A DNA stretch of 64,000 nucleotides, taken from Eledone cirrhosa (taxonomy: Eukaryota). The stretch lies in NCBI GenBank assembly GCA_964016885.1, contig OZ024756.1, positions 12,028,001-12,092,000 on the forward strand, written 5' to 3'. Each line of letters starts with the position of its first letter. Within the stretch, counting starts at the first letter, position 1. Positions 1-13,604 of this stretch are shown here, in pieces. Under the pieces are notes generated by a model that was given only the letters and a program-made list of their open reading frames with translations, ran no database searches and had not been told where the DNA came from. A program made the translations under genes and the position numbers.

Positions 1-77
1 ATATATTGTATATTTACTCCAAAACCAGTTGAGTGCTTTATATCAGTTATAAAAAAATTTAAATTAAATATAACCTC

Positions 78-127
<50 letters not shown>

Positions 128-1946
128 TATCTCTTAATTTTAAATCTTTAATTTTTAGTTTTTAATTGTTATTAATTCTTTTTAATTGTAATACTTAAAA
201 TTTGATAAGATGAATTTTACTAATGCATCGAAACCAGTAATACTTTAAATACATTATAAAACTCTTTTTTAAAAGAATTGTCCCTCTCATTTTTTCGAAG
301 AAAGGAAGAAAAAAAAGAAAAACAGATCCTTAAATATATTTTTCGTGCTATTTCCAATTTCACCTTCTCTCTCTCTATATATATATATATATGTAGAAGT
401 TATATTTAATTTGTTGAGATACAACAAGCAAATATTTTTATAACTGATATAAAGCACTCAACAAATTTTTGGAGTAAAATACAATATATTAACAAATGGA
501 AACTATATTTATAAAACCATATTTATTTCATTATACATATTTCAAGGGCACCAAAGCAAATTATGGTGCGCTTTCATTAGATAAAATATAATATAGATCA
601 GTTTTATAAACAAATATTGACATACCCTTAAAGAATGCGACTATGTCGGTTGGAAGCTCCCGGATAGTGGGGTTACTAATTTTATTTTTTATTATTGGTC
701 TATTATGCAAATTAGTGTCGGAGAGGTTTAAATCCCATACATTTAAATTAAGCCGTTGGAATAGGGAAAAAAGAAAAAGAAAAAGAAAGAACGAAAGAAA
801 AACAAGAGAAAGAAAGAAAACCCTAAGTGAGAGAGTGTTGTATTGTAATTTTATGAGATGATGAAGCGAAAAGATAAATATATATTGGATGAATTACGCG
901 GAGTAAATAAATAAAGTGTGGATAAATAAATAAATAAATAGTAATAACCGGAGAATTTTATCTAATGTTTAAATTTGATTAAATTATTGAGATCTATATA
1001 TTATTAAAATATATATATATACTATCAAAAAATATTATTAAAATATATGTTATTATTACATAACCTTACATAAACTTATTATTAATCATCAACCAACAAT
1101 TAATTATTAATTTTTCAATTAACAATAAAACTTATAAGAAATAACAAAATATATGTTTAAAATATAGGAATGTTCAGAGATTTTACCGAAGAAAAATCTC
1201 TTAGTAATAGCAATACAGCGTGAGGGAAAATTTATTGATTTATTTAGATAGTTCTAAGGATTAAATGTTATAAAAGTTAAGATTATAAGAGAACCTTATA
1301 TTATTTTATAGTAAGTTATAATTTTATAAATTTTATAAATCCACCTGTTATACAGTTGTGACTGTTAAAATATAAGTTTGTTTACTATAATGTCTTAATG
1401 TTTAAAGTTTTTCATAAGAATATATCTAAAGCATAAACCATAAAAACCCTTTTATATGAGTTCATTCATAGAATGTATTCAAATTATACATTTCGATATA
1501 TATACACATATACACAGACATACATACATGCATACATACACATATATATACATACATATACACACATACATATATATAAATACAAAATACGTAATATAAA
1601 ATAAAATATGAGTTATAATTTAAAAAGGATTATAATTTTAAAAGGAATTACAATTTTTAAAAAAATATAATTATATAATTTTAGAAGGAATTATATTTTT
1701 AAGCAATGTAATTTTTAAGCAATATAATTTTTAAAATATATATAAGAATATATAGAAAAAACAGTATAAAATATGAATTATAATTTTTTATATCCATCAG
1801 AGGAATTAACAAAAAACCTTTTTTTTTTAACTTTCAGTATGTTTATCTAAATTTTTTATACCCATTTTTTTAAAAGCTTTCTATGTTTATCTAGAAGAAT
1901 TTTCAAGGAAAAATTTTAAGGAAAAAATATTTCTTCCTTCATTTAA

Positions 1947-3415
1947 CCCTTTAGCATTCAAAGCGTCAAAAACCGACAAGATTATGTCCCCTTTCATTTA
2001 TTCAAACCGACAAAAACCGACATTTAATACCACACGGAGATTTCCTTCTAAAAATAAACATTGACATCATCGAAATCTCGTCAATTCGAGATTACTGCGA
2101 GATAAAACCCTTACGCGCGAAAATTAACTCTTAGTATAGTTAAAGAACTTGCGATAACACGTGTTTTTAACGTTGAAAGTGTAACATGGCTTCCGAAAGT
2201 AGCGACAACGAATTTGAAGGTTTTACGTCCGACGACATTCGAGATAAAAAAAAAACAGAAGATAATATCAGTGATTTATCTTCAAACGAATCAGATATAT
2301 TTATTTCTGATATATCTGATAATGATGATAGTTACTTTGAAAGTGAAAGAGAAGATTTGACTGACACCATTGAAAAAATAGCAACGTGGTTGAAAGAAAC
2401 AACATCGATACATGTTTCGGATTTTACTGAAAATATTGGACCACAACACACATTACCACCCGATGCTAAAGCACTGGATTATTATTTTTTATTTTTACCA
2501 CAATCTTTCTTCGAAGTTGTGGCAAATCGCTATGCACAACGACAAATTTCTAATATCGGAAAACCCGATCTGTTATGTTGTCCGACAGATTCTGCCGAAA
2601 TGAAAGCGTTTTTTACCATAAATATTATGTTTGGTATTAAACAATTTCCACGACTGTGGAATTATTGGAGTACTGATATAAGGTTTGGTGACCCTTATAT
2701 ATCTAGTATTATGGCAAAAACGAGATTCATTAAATTAAACCAGTATTTGCATCTGGTTGATATTTCAAATGCCCCTGGTAGAAATGAATCAAATTACGAC
2801 CCACTGTACAAAGTACGACCATTAATTGAAATATTGTCAGAAAAATTTAAAAGTGTGTATAAACTTATACATTGGGAACTTTCTATTACGTAATTTTACA
2901 CCGTACATTTACAGAGTACATTGCCAATATTATTTTGACCGGTGAAAAGGTTTTATACATTTTTTTCAATGAAAATATTTGCCTGGAATGTAGAGAAAGA
3001 CTAAAACCGTGTACTGATTACACCTGCATTTTTAATTAATTCACCTGTTCAGAAAACTGCTAGAATTGATGGAAATCAGCATCTAGGTCATTATTGGATT
3101 TTTTGGCAACAAATCTAACAGATAAGGCAGATAAAGTTTAAATTTTTGTGTTTATCCATAAAGTTATTACTTTTACACCTGTTAATTAATTTCACCTGCC
3201 CATAAAAGTCAAATTTAACAAAAAAAATCAGGTAAAAATATATAATTGTAAATTATAGTTATTTAAACATCTACTGACAAAATTTCAAGTCTGCACATAG
3301 AAAATTAAAGTAATTACAAACAAATAAAATTGATAACCCTCTTGAGTATAATTAAGTGAAAATAATGCGAATAGATGAACATGACATTTGACAATTCAAT
3401 GTGAATGCTAAAGGG
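1947..3415 (+). mobile_element. Internally deleted piggyBac DNA transposon
   Basis: TTAA target duplication (1943-1946, 3416-3419). 14-bp TIR ccctttagcattca / tgaatgctaaaggg. Carries a truncated transposase ORF. Confidence 0.92.
2186..2893 (+). pseudogene. N-terminal half of a piggyBac (PGBD-type) transposase
   Basis: Motifs EMKAFF...MFGI, YWSTD, M..TRF..L..YLHL, DPLYKVRPLIE. The ORF ends just before the DDD catalytic region. Confidence 0.85.
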
Positions 3416-3504
3416 TTAAGAGAGTTTTTGGCAGTCGTATGAAGGAATCTAATGATTTATCGATAGGTTTAGTAAGATGAGTTATATATTACATTTTAAA
3501 TTTA

Positions 3505-4010
3505 TTATTTAAACATTGAATTTAATCTATGTTTGCAGCAACTGAAAAGATTGTTCCTTAAATTCACAGAATTTTTGCTTTTTAATATAAAGAATATTTC
3601 CTCTATACAAAGAGCACAATTTTCCGAACAGGCGTTAAATGGAGGAGCTTTGGAAATAATATTCCAAAGTAAAGAATAGTTAATGTTCTTTAATTTTAGG
3701 TCCCATAGTAAGCTAGATAGAGAAGTTGAATATTTTTTATTTATATTCGTAAAAGAGCATTTATGGTTATTAAAGCGAGATTTAAAATCTGTGGAAGTAG
3801 AACCTACATAATTAAATGAATTTAAATTAGATTTATTTCTACAGTTACATTTATCAAAATTCAAGTTACTAGGAGCCGTATTATTAAATTGGATATTGCT
3901 GGGGTTGTTAATGGTATTCTGGTTAGGTTTTAAGTTTCTATTAATATTCTGCGCTAAATTACTGGTGGTTGAATAAGTTAATTTTATAGTATGTCTATTA
4001 AATATTGAGT
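3505..4010 (-). pseudogene. Penelope-like element C-terminal GIY-YIG endonuclease fragment
   Basis: RHTIKLTYS...CNCR...YVGST..FKSRFNNH..SF...LS.LLWDLK...W.II...C.LC.EE...CKH. The annotated ORF start lies in an unrelated SINE tail. Confidence 0.8.
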
Positions 4011-4027
4011 AATATCTATATATATGA

Positions 4028-4195
4028 TAATTGTTTCTACTTTTGGCACAAGGCCAGCAATTATCCCAGTGCATTACTGGTATTTTATTTTATCAACCTC
4101 ATAAGGATGAAAGACAAAACTATGCTCGGCGAGATTTGAACACAGACTGTAAAGAGCCGTTACTCTATGCTGCAAAGCATGGTGTCCGACCCTCT
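4028..4195 (-). mobile_element. tRNA-derived SINE family B; further minus-strand copies at about 15780 (tail only), 17668-17860, 28950-29141, 33930-34030, 35725-35977, 35990-36183, 58328-58520
   Basis: Recurrent sequence: tRNA-like head with B box gagttcaaatcc, central gcctttcatccttacggggtcgataaaat domain, and tail ggccttgtgccaaaagtagaaacaatt(att)n. Confidence 0.8.
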
Positions 4196-4479
4196 AAAAA
4201 GGATTTATGTCTTCATTACGTTTGTTGACGCACGTTTCGAGTGCTCACTCTGGGGAACCTGCAATCCCTAGATATATATGTGTGTGTGTGTGTGTATGTG
4301 CATGTGTCTGTGTGTATGACCATCTGTGTGTGTGTGTCAGTGTTCTATATCCTCTCTATGGACAAGACATGGTCACCTGACCAGCATAGAATATGACAAG
4401 CATAGAAAATAGACGTTAAATGATGATGATGATTATATATGTGTAAATACATGTGTACGTATGTATGTGTATATATGTG

Positions 4480-4995
4480 TGTGTTCATATATGTGTGTTG
4501 ATGCATGCACCCCACACACGCAGACATGATAGATGCCATACATGCGTGTGTGAATATGCATGTGTATATATGTGTGTGTTGATGCATGCACCCCACACAC
4601 ACGCAGGCGTGATGCATGCACCCCACCCACACGCAGACGTGATGCATGCACCCCACCCACACGCAGATGTGATGCATGCACCCCACACACACGCAGACGT
4701 GATATATGCCATACATGTGTGTGTGTGTGTGTGTTGATGCATGCACTACACATACACGCAGACGTGATATATGCCATACATGCGTGTGTGCGTATGTGTG
4801 TTGATGCATGCACTACACATACAGACGGGATATATGCCATACATGTATGTGTGTGTATATATGTGTGTGTGTTGATGCTTGCACTACACATACACGCAGA
4901 CGTGATATATGCCATACATGTATGTGTGTGTATATATGTGTGTGTTGATGCTTGCACTAAACACATACACACAGACATGATATATGCCATACATG
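4480..4995. repeat. Composite minisatellite (gatgcatgcac...acgcagacgt with TG/CA spacers)
   Basis: Tandem iteration of 30-70 bp units. Confidence 0.8.
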
Positions 4996-5524
4996 ATGAA
5001 ATTCAAAAAGGAGATTGTTCTCCATGTATGTAACTATATAGACATGAAGCTGTATGTGTGTGTGTATATATATATTCACACACATATAGGCTATTGTTAA
5101 CTGTATATACATATACATACACAAGCAATTAACAAGTCATCACACACACACACACACACACATATGCAAGCAATTAACAAGTCATCACACACCCACTCAC
5201 ACTAATCATTTCTTCCTAATTCTCTCCCAAAATTTTAAAATATATTATTATCTCTCCATCTTCCTATAATTTACTGCATTACCTCCCTTCTCTCTCACTC
5301 TCTCTCACATTTTGTTGTTGAAGATAACATTAGTCCTTTTGGATGACCTAAGATACATTTGTTCTCTTTTTTATGTATATGTGTGTGTGTGTATGTAAGT
5401 ATGTATGTTATTATGTGTGTGTATATGTATGTGTGTGTATGTAAGTATGTATGTGTGTGTGTATGTATGTATGTATGTACATATAAACCAAGCACACTCT
5501 CTATGAAAAGCTTCTGAATCAGAA

Positions 5525-8395
5525 TCCTGTAGCACAACCAACAGTCAAGTTAGCCTACGAAGATCACAAGGCAACACTGCAACACGAAATGCGCTGGATG
5601 CAGTATGAGTGGTGGAATATCTCTTCGTAAATCTAACAGACTTTTAACAACAAAGATTCGAAGTCATTTTACTCATTGGCGCGCCAAGTCTTCAGCCCAC
5701 CAACATCCTCAGTAACTTTTTTGAGATCTCTTTTGACAATGCCAATATCATCATCAAAGAGCCATCAAAAATCCTTCAGCGTTGGGAGGAACACTTTACT
5801 GACCTGTTTGACAACCCATCAGCAGTCAATTTTGGAGTGATAGAGGGCCCTCCTCAATGTGAAACAGTTCACCGTATGGATCAACTTCTCTCTGCTGATG
5901 AAATAAAGCTGGCAGTCAAGCAGGTTATCTCTGGCAAGGCACCAGGTCCAGATGGTATCCCAGTCGAACTGCTGAAAGTCGCTAGTGATAATGTAACAGA
6001 AGCAATAAACAACTTCATCACTGCTAGAATGGGACCCCAGTTCTGCAAGACTGTTATCATTATACAAAGGCAAAGTGGGATAACTCCCGTCTAACCCATG
6101 CTAGCGTGGAAGATAGACGTTAAACGAAGATAATGATGATGATGAAAGGTGAAAAGTCGATATGTGGAAACTACCGTGGCATCACTTTGTTGGAAGCTGT
6201 TGGCAAGGTTCTCGCAATACTTTTGCTCAACAAACTGGAGGAGGATATCTGTCCTACAGCTATCCCAGTATTACAGAGTGGTTTTAGAAGAGGAAGGGGA
6301 ACAGTTGACATGATTTTCTCTCTAAGACAAATACAAGAAAAATGCATTGAGCAGTCTGTCTCTCTATATCAAGTCTTTGTCGACCTAACAAAGGCTTTTG
6401 ACACAGTTACGAGATGCACTCTGGATAATACTGGGAAAAGTAGGATGTCCACCCAAGTTTGTGAGTATGCTAAAGCAGCTACACAGAAATATGAAAGCCC
6501 GGTTTACCTTCAATGGTCAACTATCTTGGGAAATCCTAATTGACAATGGGGTAAAGCAAGGTGATATTCCTGCTCCTACACTTTTCTCCATCTTCTTTGC
6601 TGCCTTGCTCACACATTCTTTCCATGATTGTGACAGAGGCATTCTTTTACAGTTCAGAACCACTGGAAAGGTTTTCAACTTAAGGTTTAATGCCAAGACA
6701 AAAACTTTTCAAGCTTTGATCAGAGACCTTTACACCAATGATACTGACCTCCTAGCACACACAGAAGCTGACATGTAACATATTATGGACCATTTCTCAT
6801 CCTTGTGTACAGTATTTGGGCTTAGAATCAGCCTTAAAAAGACCAAAGTAATGTTTACCCCTGCACCTGGAGAACCATATACTGAACCCCATATCATGGT
6901 TGATGGAACTAGGTTGGGAGTAGTAGATAAATTTGTCTACTTGGGTAGCACACTCTCAAATGATGGCTCCTTGGAGGCTGAAATACATCTGTGCATCCAG
7001 AAGGCCTCTGTTGCCTTCGGAAAATTGGAAAAGAGAGTTTGGGCAAATCACATCATTCCCAACAATACTAAGGTGTGTGTGTATAGATCATGTGTTCTGT
7101 CTGCTCTTTTATACTCCACCGAAACCTGGGCGCTATTCCACAAACACATCAAATTGCAGGAGTGCTTTCAGCAGAAACGTTTAAGGTGCATATTCAACAT
7201 CAAGTGGCAAGACAGAACACCTGACATCCATGTCCTTATCAAAGCAGAATGTCCAAGCATTGAGTCCCAAGAAACATCTTCTCAAATGCACTGGATAGGA
7301 CATATCATCTGCATGAAAGAAAGCAGGATCCCGAAGCAACTGTTTTATCTTGGAAAAAGGCCTCAACACAAACCAAAAATGAGGTTCACCAGTTTTGTGG
7401 AAAGCACAACTCTCTTTTGTCACCTGTGTCGTAAACCATCCAGATCTACAGCTGGCCTACAAAGTCATCTATGAAGTCCCACAGGGTGACCCCACCGGTC
7501 CTGTGGAAAGCACAACTCTCTTCTGTCACCTGTGTCGTAAACCATCCAGATCTACAGCTGACCTACAAAGTCATCTACGAAGTCCCACAGGGTGACCCCA
7601 CCGGTCCTGTGGAAAGCACAACTCTCTTCTGTCACCTGTGTCGTAAACCATGCAGATCAACAGCTGACCTACAAAGTCATCTACGAAGTCCCACAGGGTG
7701 ACCCCACCGGTCCTGTGGAAAGCACAACTCTCTGTCACCTGTGTCGTAAACCATGCAGATCAACAGCTGACCTACAAAGTCATCTATGAAGTCCCACAGG
7801 GTGACCCCACCGGTCCTGTGGAAAGCACAACTCTCTTCTGTCACCTGTGTCGTTAACCATCCAGATCTACAGCTGGCCTTCAAAGTCATCTGCGAAGTCC
7901 CACAGGATGACCCCACCGGTCCTGTGGAAAGCACAACTCTCTTCTGTCACCTGTGTTGTTAACCATCCAGATCTACAGCTGGCCTTCAAAGTCATCTGCG
8001 AAGTCCCACAGGGTGACCCCACCGGTCCTGTGGAAAGCACAACTCTCTTCTGTCACCTGTGTCGTTAACCATCCAGATCTACAGCTGGCCTTCAAAGTCA
8101 TCTACGAAGTCCCACAGGGTGACCCCACCGGTCCTGTGGAAAGCACAACTCTCTTCTGTCACCTGTTGTCGTTAACCATGCAGATCTGCAGCTGGCCTTC
8201 AAAGTCATCTACGAAGTCCCAGAGAGTGACCCCACCGGTCCTGTGGAAAGCACAACTCTCTTCTGTCACCTGTGTCGTTAACCATGCAGATCTGCAGCTG
8301 GCCTACAAAGTCATCTACGAAGTCATGGATGGAGATGGGATGACAATGAAGAATCAATAAGGGACAGCAATCATCAGTGAAGACGCTGCAATCCT
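5525..8395 (+). mobile_element. Degenerate RTE-clade LINE with frameshifted RT, a SINE-tail insertion (about 6066-6145) and a tandemly amplified 3' end
   Basis: KAPGPDGIP, CGNYRGITLL, QSGFRRGRGTVDMIF, FVDLTKAFDTV, GVKQG..APTLF, GLRISLKKTKVM, FVYLGS, LLYSTETW, RIPKQLFY, terminal CHLC..H motif, spread over several frames. Confidence 0.9.
7397..8323 (+). repeat. Tandem array of a 106-bp unit (about 8.7 copies) from the RTE C-terminal zinc-finger region
   Basis: gtggaaagcacaactc... recurs at 7397, 7503, 7609 and onward. Confidence 0.95.
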
Positions 8396-8631
8396 CATAT
8401 GTATGTATGTATGTATGTATGTATATGGATGTGTTTGTATGTGTGTATATATGTATATGTATATATCTATGTATGTATATATATGTATGTGTATGTATGT
8501 GTGTGTGTATGTATATATGTATGTGTGTGTGTGTGTGGATATATGTGGATGTGTATGTATGTATATGTGTGTGTGTGTGTGTATCATCATCAGCATTTTA
8601 CATCCGCTTTTCCCTGCTTGCAAGGGTTGGA

Positions 8632-8681
<50 letters not shown>

Positions 8682-8879
8682 CGTTTCTGAATTTGTTTAG
8701 CAAGATTCTTTATCTGAAAACGTGTGTTGAAACCGATACTGTTATACTTTGGGAGGGTCATGTTGCCAATAAGAAACACACGCAGCAGTTGCTTTCATTT
8801 CAATTTATTATAATAAATTCATAAATTTCCGGTTGGTTGGTTGGTTGGTTCCACAACCAGATGGTTGTTTATATATATT

Positions 8880-8922
8880 GTCAAAGTTCTTTCGTCACAC
8901 ATTCTGTGACCTCTTCAGTGAC
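8880..8922 (-). ncRNA. Minimal type I hammerhead ribozyme in a PLE-type terminal repeat
   Basis: Minus strand: gtca-CTGAAGA-g-gtcaca-gaatg-tgtgac-GAAA-gaac-TT-tgac. Confidence 0.75.
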
Positions 8923-9171
8923 TGGGGATTCTTTTCTTTGTTTTTGTGCCTCTCCTTTGTTCTGTCCTACGCCAAGATGGCGTAGGACAATCTTTTGAGC
9001 TTATTTCCAGGCGATATGGCGCATGTCATTATGACATGACACCCACAATTTCGATTTGGATTAAATTCATTTAATTTATCTTAATTTTGGATATATATAT
9101 ATATATATATATATATGTCAGTTCTTCATAGGCTGGTGCAGTACACATGTTATTTTAGTCTTCTCATTCCT

Positions 9172-9202
<31 letters not shown>

Positions 9203-10472
9203 CCACATCTCTCTCTCTCTCCCTCACTCTCTCTCTCTCTCCATATTCCTGTTTTAAATCCCAATTGAATCAACTTGAACCTTTCATCCACCCAGGGTCT
9301 ATAAAATAACATCTACAAACACACGTAGCTGCCAACTTGATTTATGTCAGCCTCCTGAAACTAGCTTTGGTTCTACATTTACAAGACTGTTGCTTTGATA
9401 GTGATAACCATCATCATCATCATCATCAACACCATCTAATGTCTATTTTCCATGCTTGCCTGGGTAGATAAAGAAACTTTTGTTGTTATTTTTTTACTCA
9501 TAAAAACGGGTGTAAAAATGTGCATGGTACAAAATATATACGACCTTGCTGCAGGCTTGAAATTCATTGCATTTACTCGCGGACGTGTACACATAAACAT
9601 GGGCAAAATGATTGAGTAAGCAGGACAAGTTTGTAATGTTACTGAATATGTGTGTATGTCTGTGTGTCTGTGTCTGTGTGTGTGTGTGTGTCTGTCTGTG
9701 TGTGTGTGTCTGTCTGTGTGTGTGTGTCTGTGTCGATAACATCTTGGATGAAAACAAAAATTACTTCCACGTGTGCGAAATATGTGTAATTTTCTATTAG
9801 TCAGCTGTAATGTCCATGAAATGCTACATGTATTATCAGTGAAATGCTACATGTATTATCAGTGAATTAGGAATGGTGAGTTCATTTCTGCGTTTGACCA
9901 TTTAAAATGCATTGTCATGATATCTATGGGTGCGGGACTTTTCTAGACTCGACTGACAATGATCATTATTCTAGCTAAATGCTTTTTTTTTTTCTTTTTT
10001 TTTTTTGCTTTTTTCTACTGCACCTAGTACACTCTGTAATGCGGTAGTGCCACAGAAAAAGGCATATATGATATATTTATGTATATAACTTATATTAATC
10101 TTGCTATGAATGTTTTAAGCCGTGATCATGTCACAGCTGTCTCGGTAGATGTGTAAGAATGCCAGGTGCTTTTATTTCAGGATTATCACCCGTCATCAGT
10201 GGCTTTTGCTCACTCGGTACTGTAACAAGCATCAGCTACAGCTTATATACCTTTTGCGTGTGATTTTCATTTGCATATTATAGTGAGAGGTTAACTTGCT
10301 AGAATTAATTAGCAGTAGCATTAACAGAGCATCCTCCATATGCTTCTCTATTGTGAATCACATTGTCTTAGTGCTAACAAATATCTGTTGTATTTTGAGA
10401 ATTTTTTTTTTTTTTTTTTTTTGTATTTTTTTAAATTCTAATATTGTGCCTTTTGTTGTTGTTGTTCTTCAG

Positions 10473-10582
10473 GCAGTGTGAAACTGAATGAGGGAGATTT
10501 GGTGATTTTTGGTCACCCTGGTGGAGTACGCTTACCTCCAGGGAACCGCACCAGGCAGCCGGACTCTGAATACCAGTTTATT
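10473..10582 (+). CDS. TCF19: Host gene exon: C-terminal part of an FHA domain, TCF19-like
   Basis: Acceptor ttgttcttcAG, donor GTAAGT. Encodes SVKLNEGDLVIFGHPGGVRLPPGNRTRQPDSEYQFI, which with the next exon (FEE) fits the L-x2-GD-x3-FG...SE(F/Y)xFxF end of TCF19-type FHA domains. Orthology is from recalled similarity, not a search. Confidence 0.7.
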
Positions 10583-10619
10583 GTAAGTTTATTTTACTTG
10601 ACACGTTTTTTAGTTGTTA

Positions 10620-11530
10620 TTTGTGGTGGTGTTAGTGGCAGTGTTGATGGTGGTGGTGGTGGTGGTGGTGGTGGCAGTTGTGGTGGTGGTGGTGGTGGTG
10701 GCAGTTGTGGTGGTGGTGGTGGTGGTGGCAGTTGTGGTGGTGGTGGTGGTGGCAGTGTTGATGTCAGTTGTGGTGGTGGTGGTGGTGGCAGTTGTGGTGG
10801 TGGTGGTGGTGGCAGTTGTGGTGGTGGTGGTGGTGGCAGTTGTGGTGGTGGTGGTGGTGTCAGTTGTGGTGGTGGTGGTGGTGGCAGTGGTGTCAGTTGT
10901 GGTGGTGGTGGTGGTGTCAGTTGTGGTGGTGGTGGTGGTGTCAGTTGTGGTGGTGGTGGTGGTGTCAGTTGTGTTGGCAGTGGTGGTGGTGTTAGTGGCA
11001 GTGTTGATGGTGGTGGTGGTGGTGGTGGCGGTGGTGTCAGTTGTGTTGGCAGTGGTGGTGGTGGTGGTGGTGTTAGTGGCAGTTGTGGTGGTGGTGGTGG
11101 TGGTGTCAGTTGTGTTGGCAGTGGTGGTGGTGTTAGTGGCAGTGTTGATGTCAGTTGTGGTGGTGGTGGTGGCAGTGGTGTCAGTTGTGGTGGTGGTGGT
11201 GGTGGTGGTGGCAGTTGTCGTGGTGGTGGTGGTGGTGGTGTCAGTTGTGTTGGTGGTGGTGTTGATGTTGGCAGTGGTGGTAGTGTTGATGTTGGCAGTG
11301 GTGGTGGTGCTGGTGTTGATGTTGGCAGTGGTGGTGGTGGTGGTGATGTTGATGTTGGCAGTGGTGGTGGTGGTGTTGATGTTGGCTGTGGTGGTGATGG
11401 TGGTGGTGGTGCTGGCAGTGGTGGTGGTGGTAGTGTTGATGTTGGTGGTAGTGATGTTGGCAGTGGTGGTGGTGGTGGTGTTGATGTTGGCAGTGGTGGT
11501 GGTGGGAATGTTGGTGTTGTTGTTGCTGTT
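10620..11530. repeat. (GGT)n-derived low-complexity tract; similar tracts at 12966-13350 (opposite strand) and 36190-37970
   Basis: Nearly pure GGT/GTT trinucleotide mosaic. Confidence 0.9.
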
Positions 11531-11705
11531 GCTCTAACCCCCCCCCCCCCCCATCTTACTCATTCTTTAACTCTTAACATCCTGAAAGACCTAAAAATAC
11601 GTAAAACCTAGTTTGTTAATTCAAATGTTTATAGTATGTTTATAGTATCTTTACTAGGGAACTGATCATCGTGAAAATGTGCAGTACTAAGACAAAGACT
11701 CTTAA

Positions 11706-12961
11706 CCCTTTAATGTTAAAACCGGCCAAAACCGGCCAGAATTCTCTATCTTTTTCTGTTTAAACCAGCTGTAACTGGTCACTCAAACTGATGTTAAGGT
11801 ATTGTTCTCAAAATAAATACTTTCAAAATGTCATAGATTCGATATTATGTGAGATAATTATGTGTGATAAAGCCTTTACTGTGAAAATATAATAGTATAT
11901 ATAGAGTAATGTAAATGTTATGTGAGATAATTATGTGTGATAAAGCCTTTACTGTGAAAATACAATAGTATATATAGAGTAATGTGAATGTTATGTAAGG
12001 TAAAGTGTTTACTGTGAAAATACAATAGTAAATATAGAGTAATGTAAATGTTATGTGAAACATTATGTGAGGTAAAGCCTTTACTGTGAAAATACAATAG
12101 TATATATAGAGTAATGTGAATGTTATGTAAGGTAAAGTGTTTACTGTGAAAATACAATAGTAAATATAGAGTAATGTAAATGTTATGTAAGGTAAAGTGT
12201 TTACTGTGAAAATACAATAGTAAATATAGAGTAATGTAAATATGTGAGGTAAAGCCTTTACCATGAAAATATAATAGTAAATATAGAGTAATGTAAATGT
12301 TATGTGAGGTAAAGCCTTTACCATGAAAATACAATAGTATATATAGAGTAATGTAAATGTTATGTGAGGTAAAGCCTTTACCATGAAAATACAATAGTAT
12401 ATATAGAGTAATGTAAATGTTATGTGAGGTAAAGCCTTTACCATGAAAATACAATAGTAAATATAGAGTAATGTAAATGTTATGTGAGGTAAAGCCTTTA
12501 CCATGAAAATACAATAGTATATATAGAGTAATGTAAATGTTATGTGAGATATTATGTGAGGTAAAGCCTTTACTGTGAAAATACAATAGTAAATATAGAG
12601 TAATGTAAATGTTATGTGAGGTAAAGCCTTTACTGTGAAAATATAATAGTAAATATAGAGTAATGTAAATGTTATGTGAGATAAAGCCTTTACCATGAAA
12701 ATATAATAGTATCATCATCATCATCATCATTTAACGTCCATGTTCCACGCTTATATATAGAGTAATGTAAATGTTATGTGAGATAAAGGCTTTACCATGA
12801 AAATACAATAGTAAATATAGAGTAATCTAAATGTTATGTGAGATAAAGGCTTTACCATGAAAATACAATAGTAAATATAGAGTAATGTAAATGTTATGTG
12901 AGATAAAGCTTTTACTGAGAACATACAATAGTATATATAGAGTAATGTAAATGGTAATGGG
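11706..12961. mobile_element. piggyBac-type MITE with an internal 60-bp segment expanded to about 18 tandem copies
   Basis: TTAA flanks and ccct...ggg ends. Unique parts are the reverse complement of the 210-bp MITE at 25949-26158. Confidence 0.85.
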
Positions 12962-13604
12962 TTAAGACACCACCAACAACAACAACAACACCACCACCAC
13001 CACCACCAACAACAACAACACCAACAACAACACCACCACCACCAACAACAACAACACCACCACCAACAACACCTCCACCAACAACAACACCACCACCAAC
13101 AACACCACCACCAACAACAACAACAACAACAACACCACCACCAACATCAACAACAACACCACCAACAACATCCACACCACCACCACCAACAACAACAACA
13201 CCACTACCAACAACACCACCACCAACAACACCACCACTACCAACAATACCACCACCAACAACAACAACACCACTACCACCAACAACACCACCACTACCAA
13301 CAATACCACCACCAACAACACCACCACCACCAACAACACCACCACCATCACATCTGTTCCCTGCCACATCTCAGTCATATAACATAGCTGTCATCTGAAA
13401 TGGTTTAGTTCTGGTGGAATATGAGTGCCATTTCCCCAGAATAAGATTGGCTCAATTTAATGTGAGCTTATTAGAATACAGAATTGTTAGCTAATGGTTT
13501 TCTTGTGTAAGGAGGACCATGGCGTTAGTGAGATGTGTGTGTTTTTTTAGGACAGCTATGTTAAATAGTTTATGGGATGTGTTGTGTGTAGTGGTTTGGT
13601 ACTT

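Noticed and set aside
1927-3455. Hairpin ttccttcat...atgaaggaa restored when the piggyBac is removed, possibly a ribozyme stem II
   Set aside because: No CUGANGA core next to it; too weak to call.
4215-4262. Possible hammerhead on the minus strand (gagtg..cactc-GAAA-cgtgcg-TC-aac)
   Set aside because: The 3' half fits but the CUGANGA core is unrecognisable (ccccaga), so it was not counted.
9801-9874. Possible extra host exon (AG...GTGAGT)
   Set aside because: It contains a 23-bp tandem duplication, has no FHA-like translation, and has no supporting evidence.
10583-11611. Gly/Cys-rich 377-aa ORF reading through the FHA exon donor
   Set aside because: There is a strong GTAAGT donor at 10583. 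(GGT)n tracts are largely stop-free in several frames, so the open frame is expected by chance.
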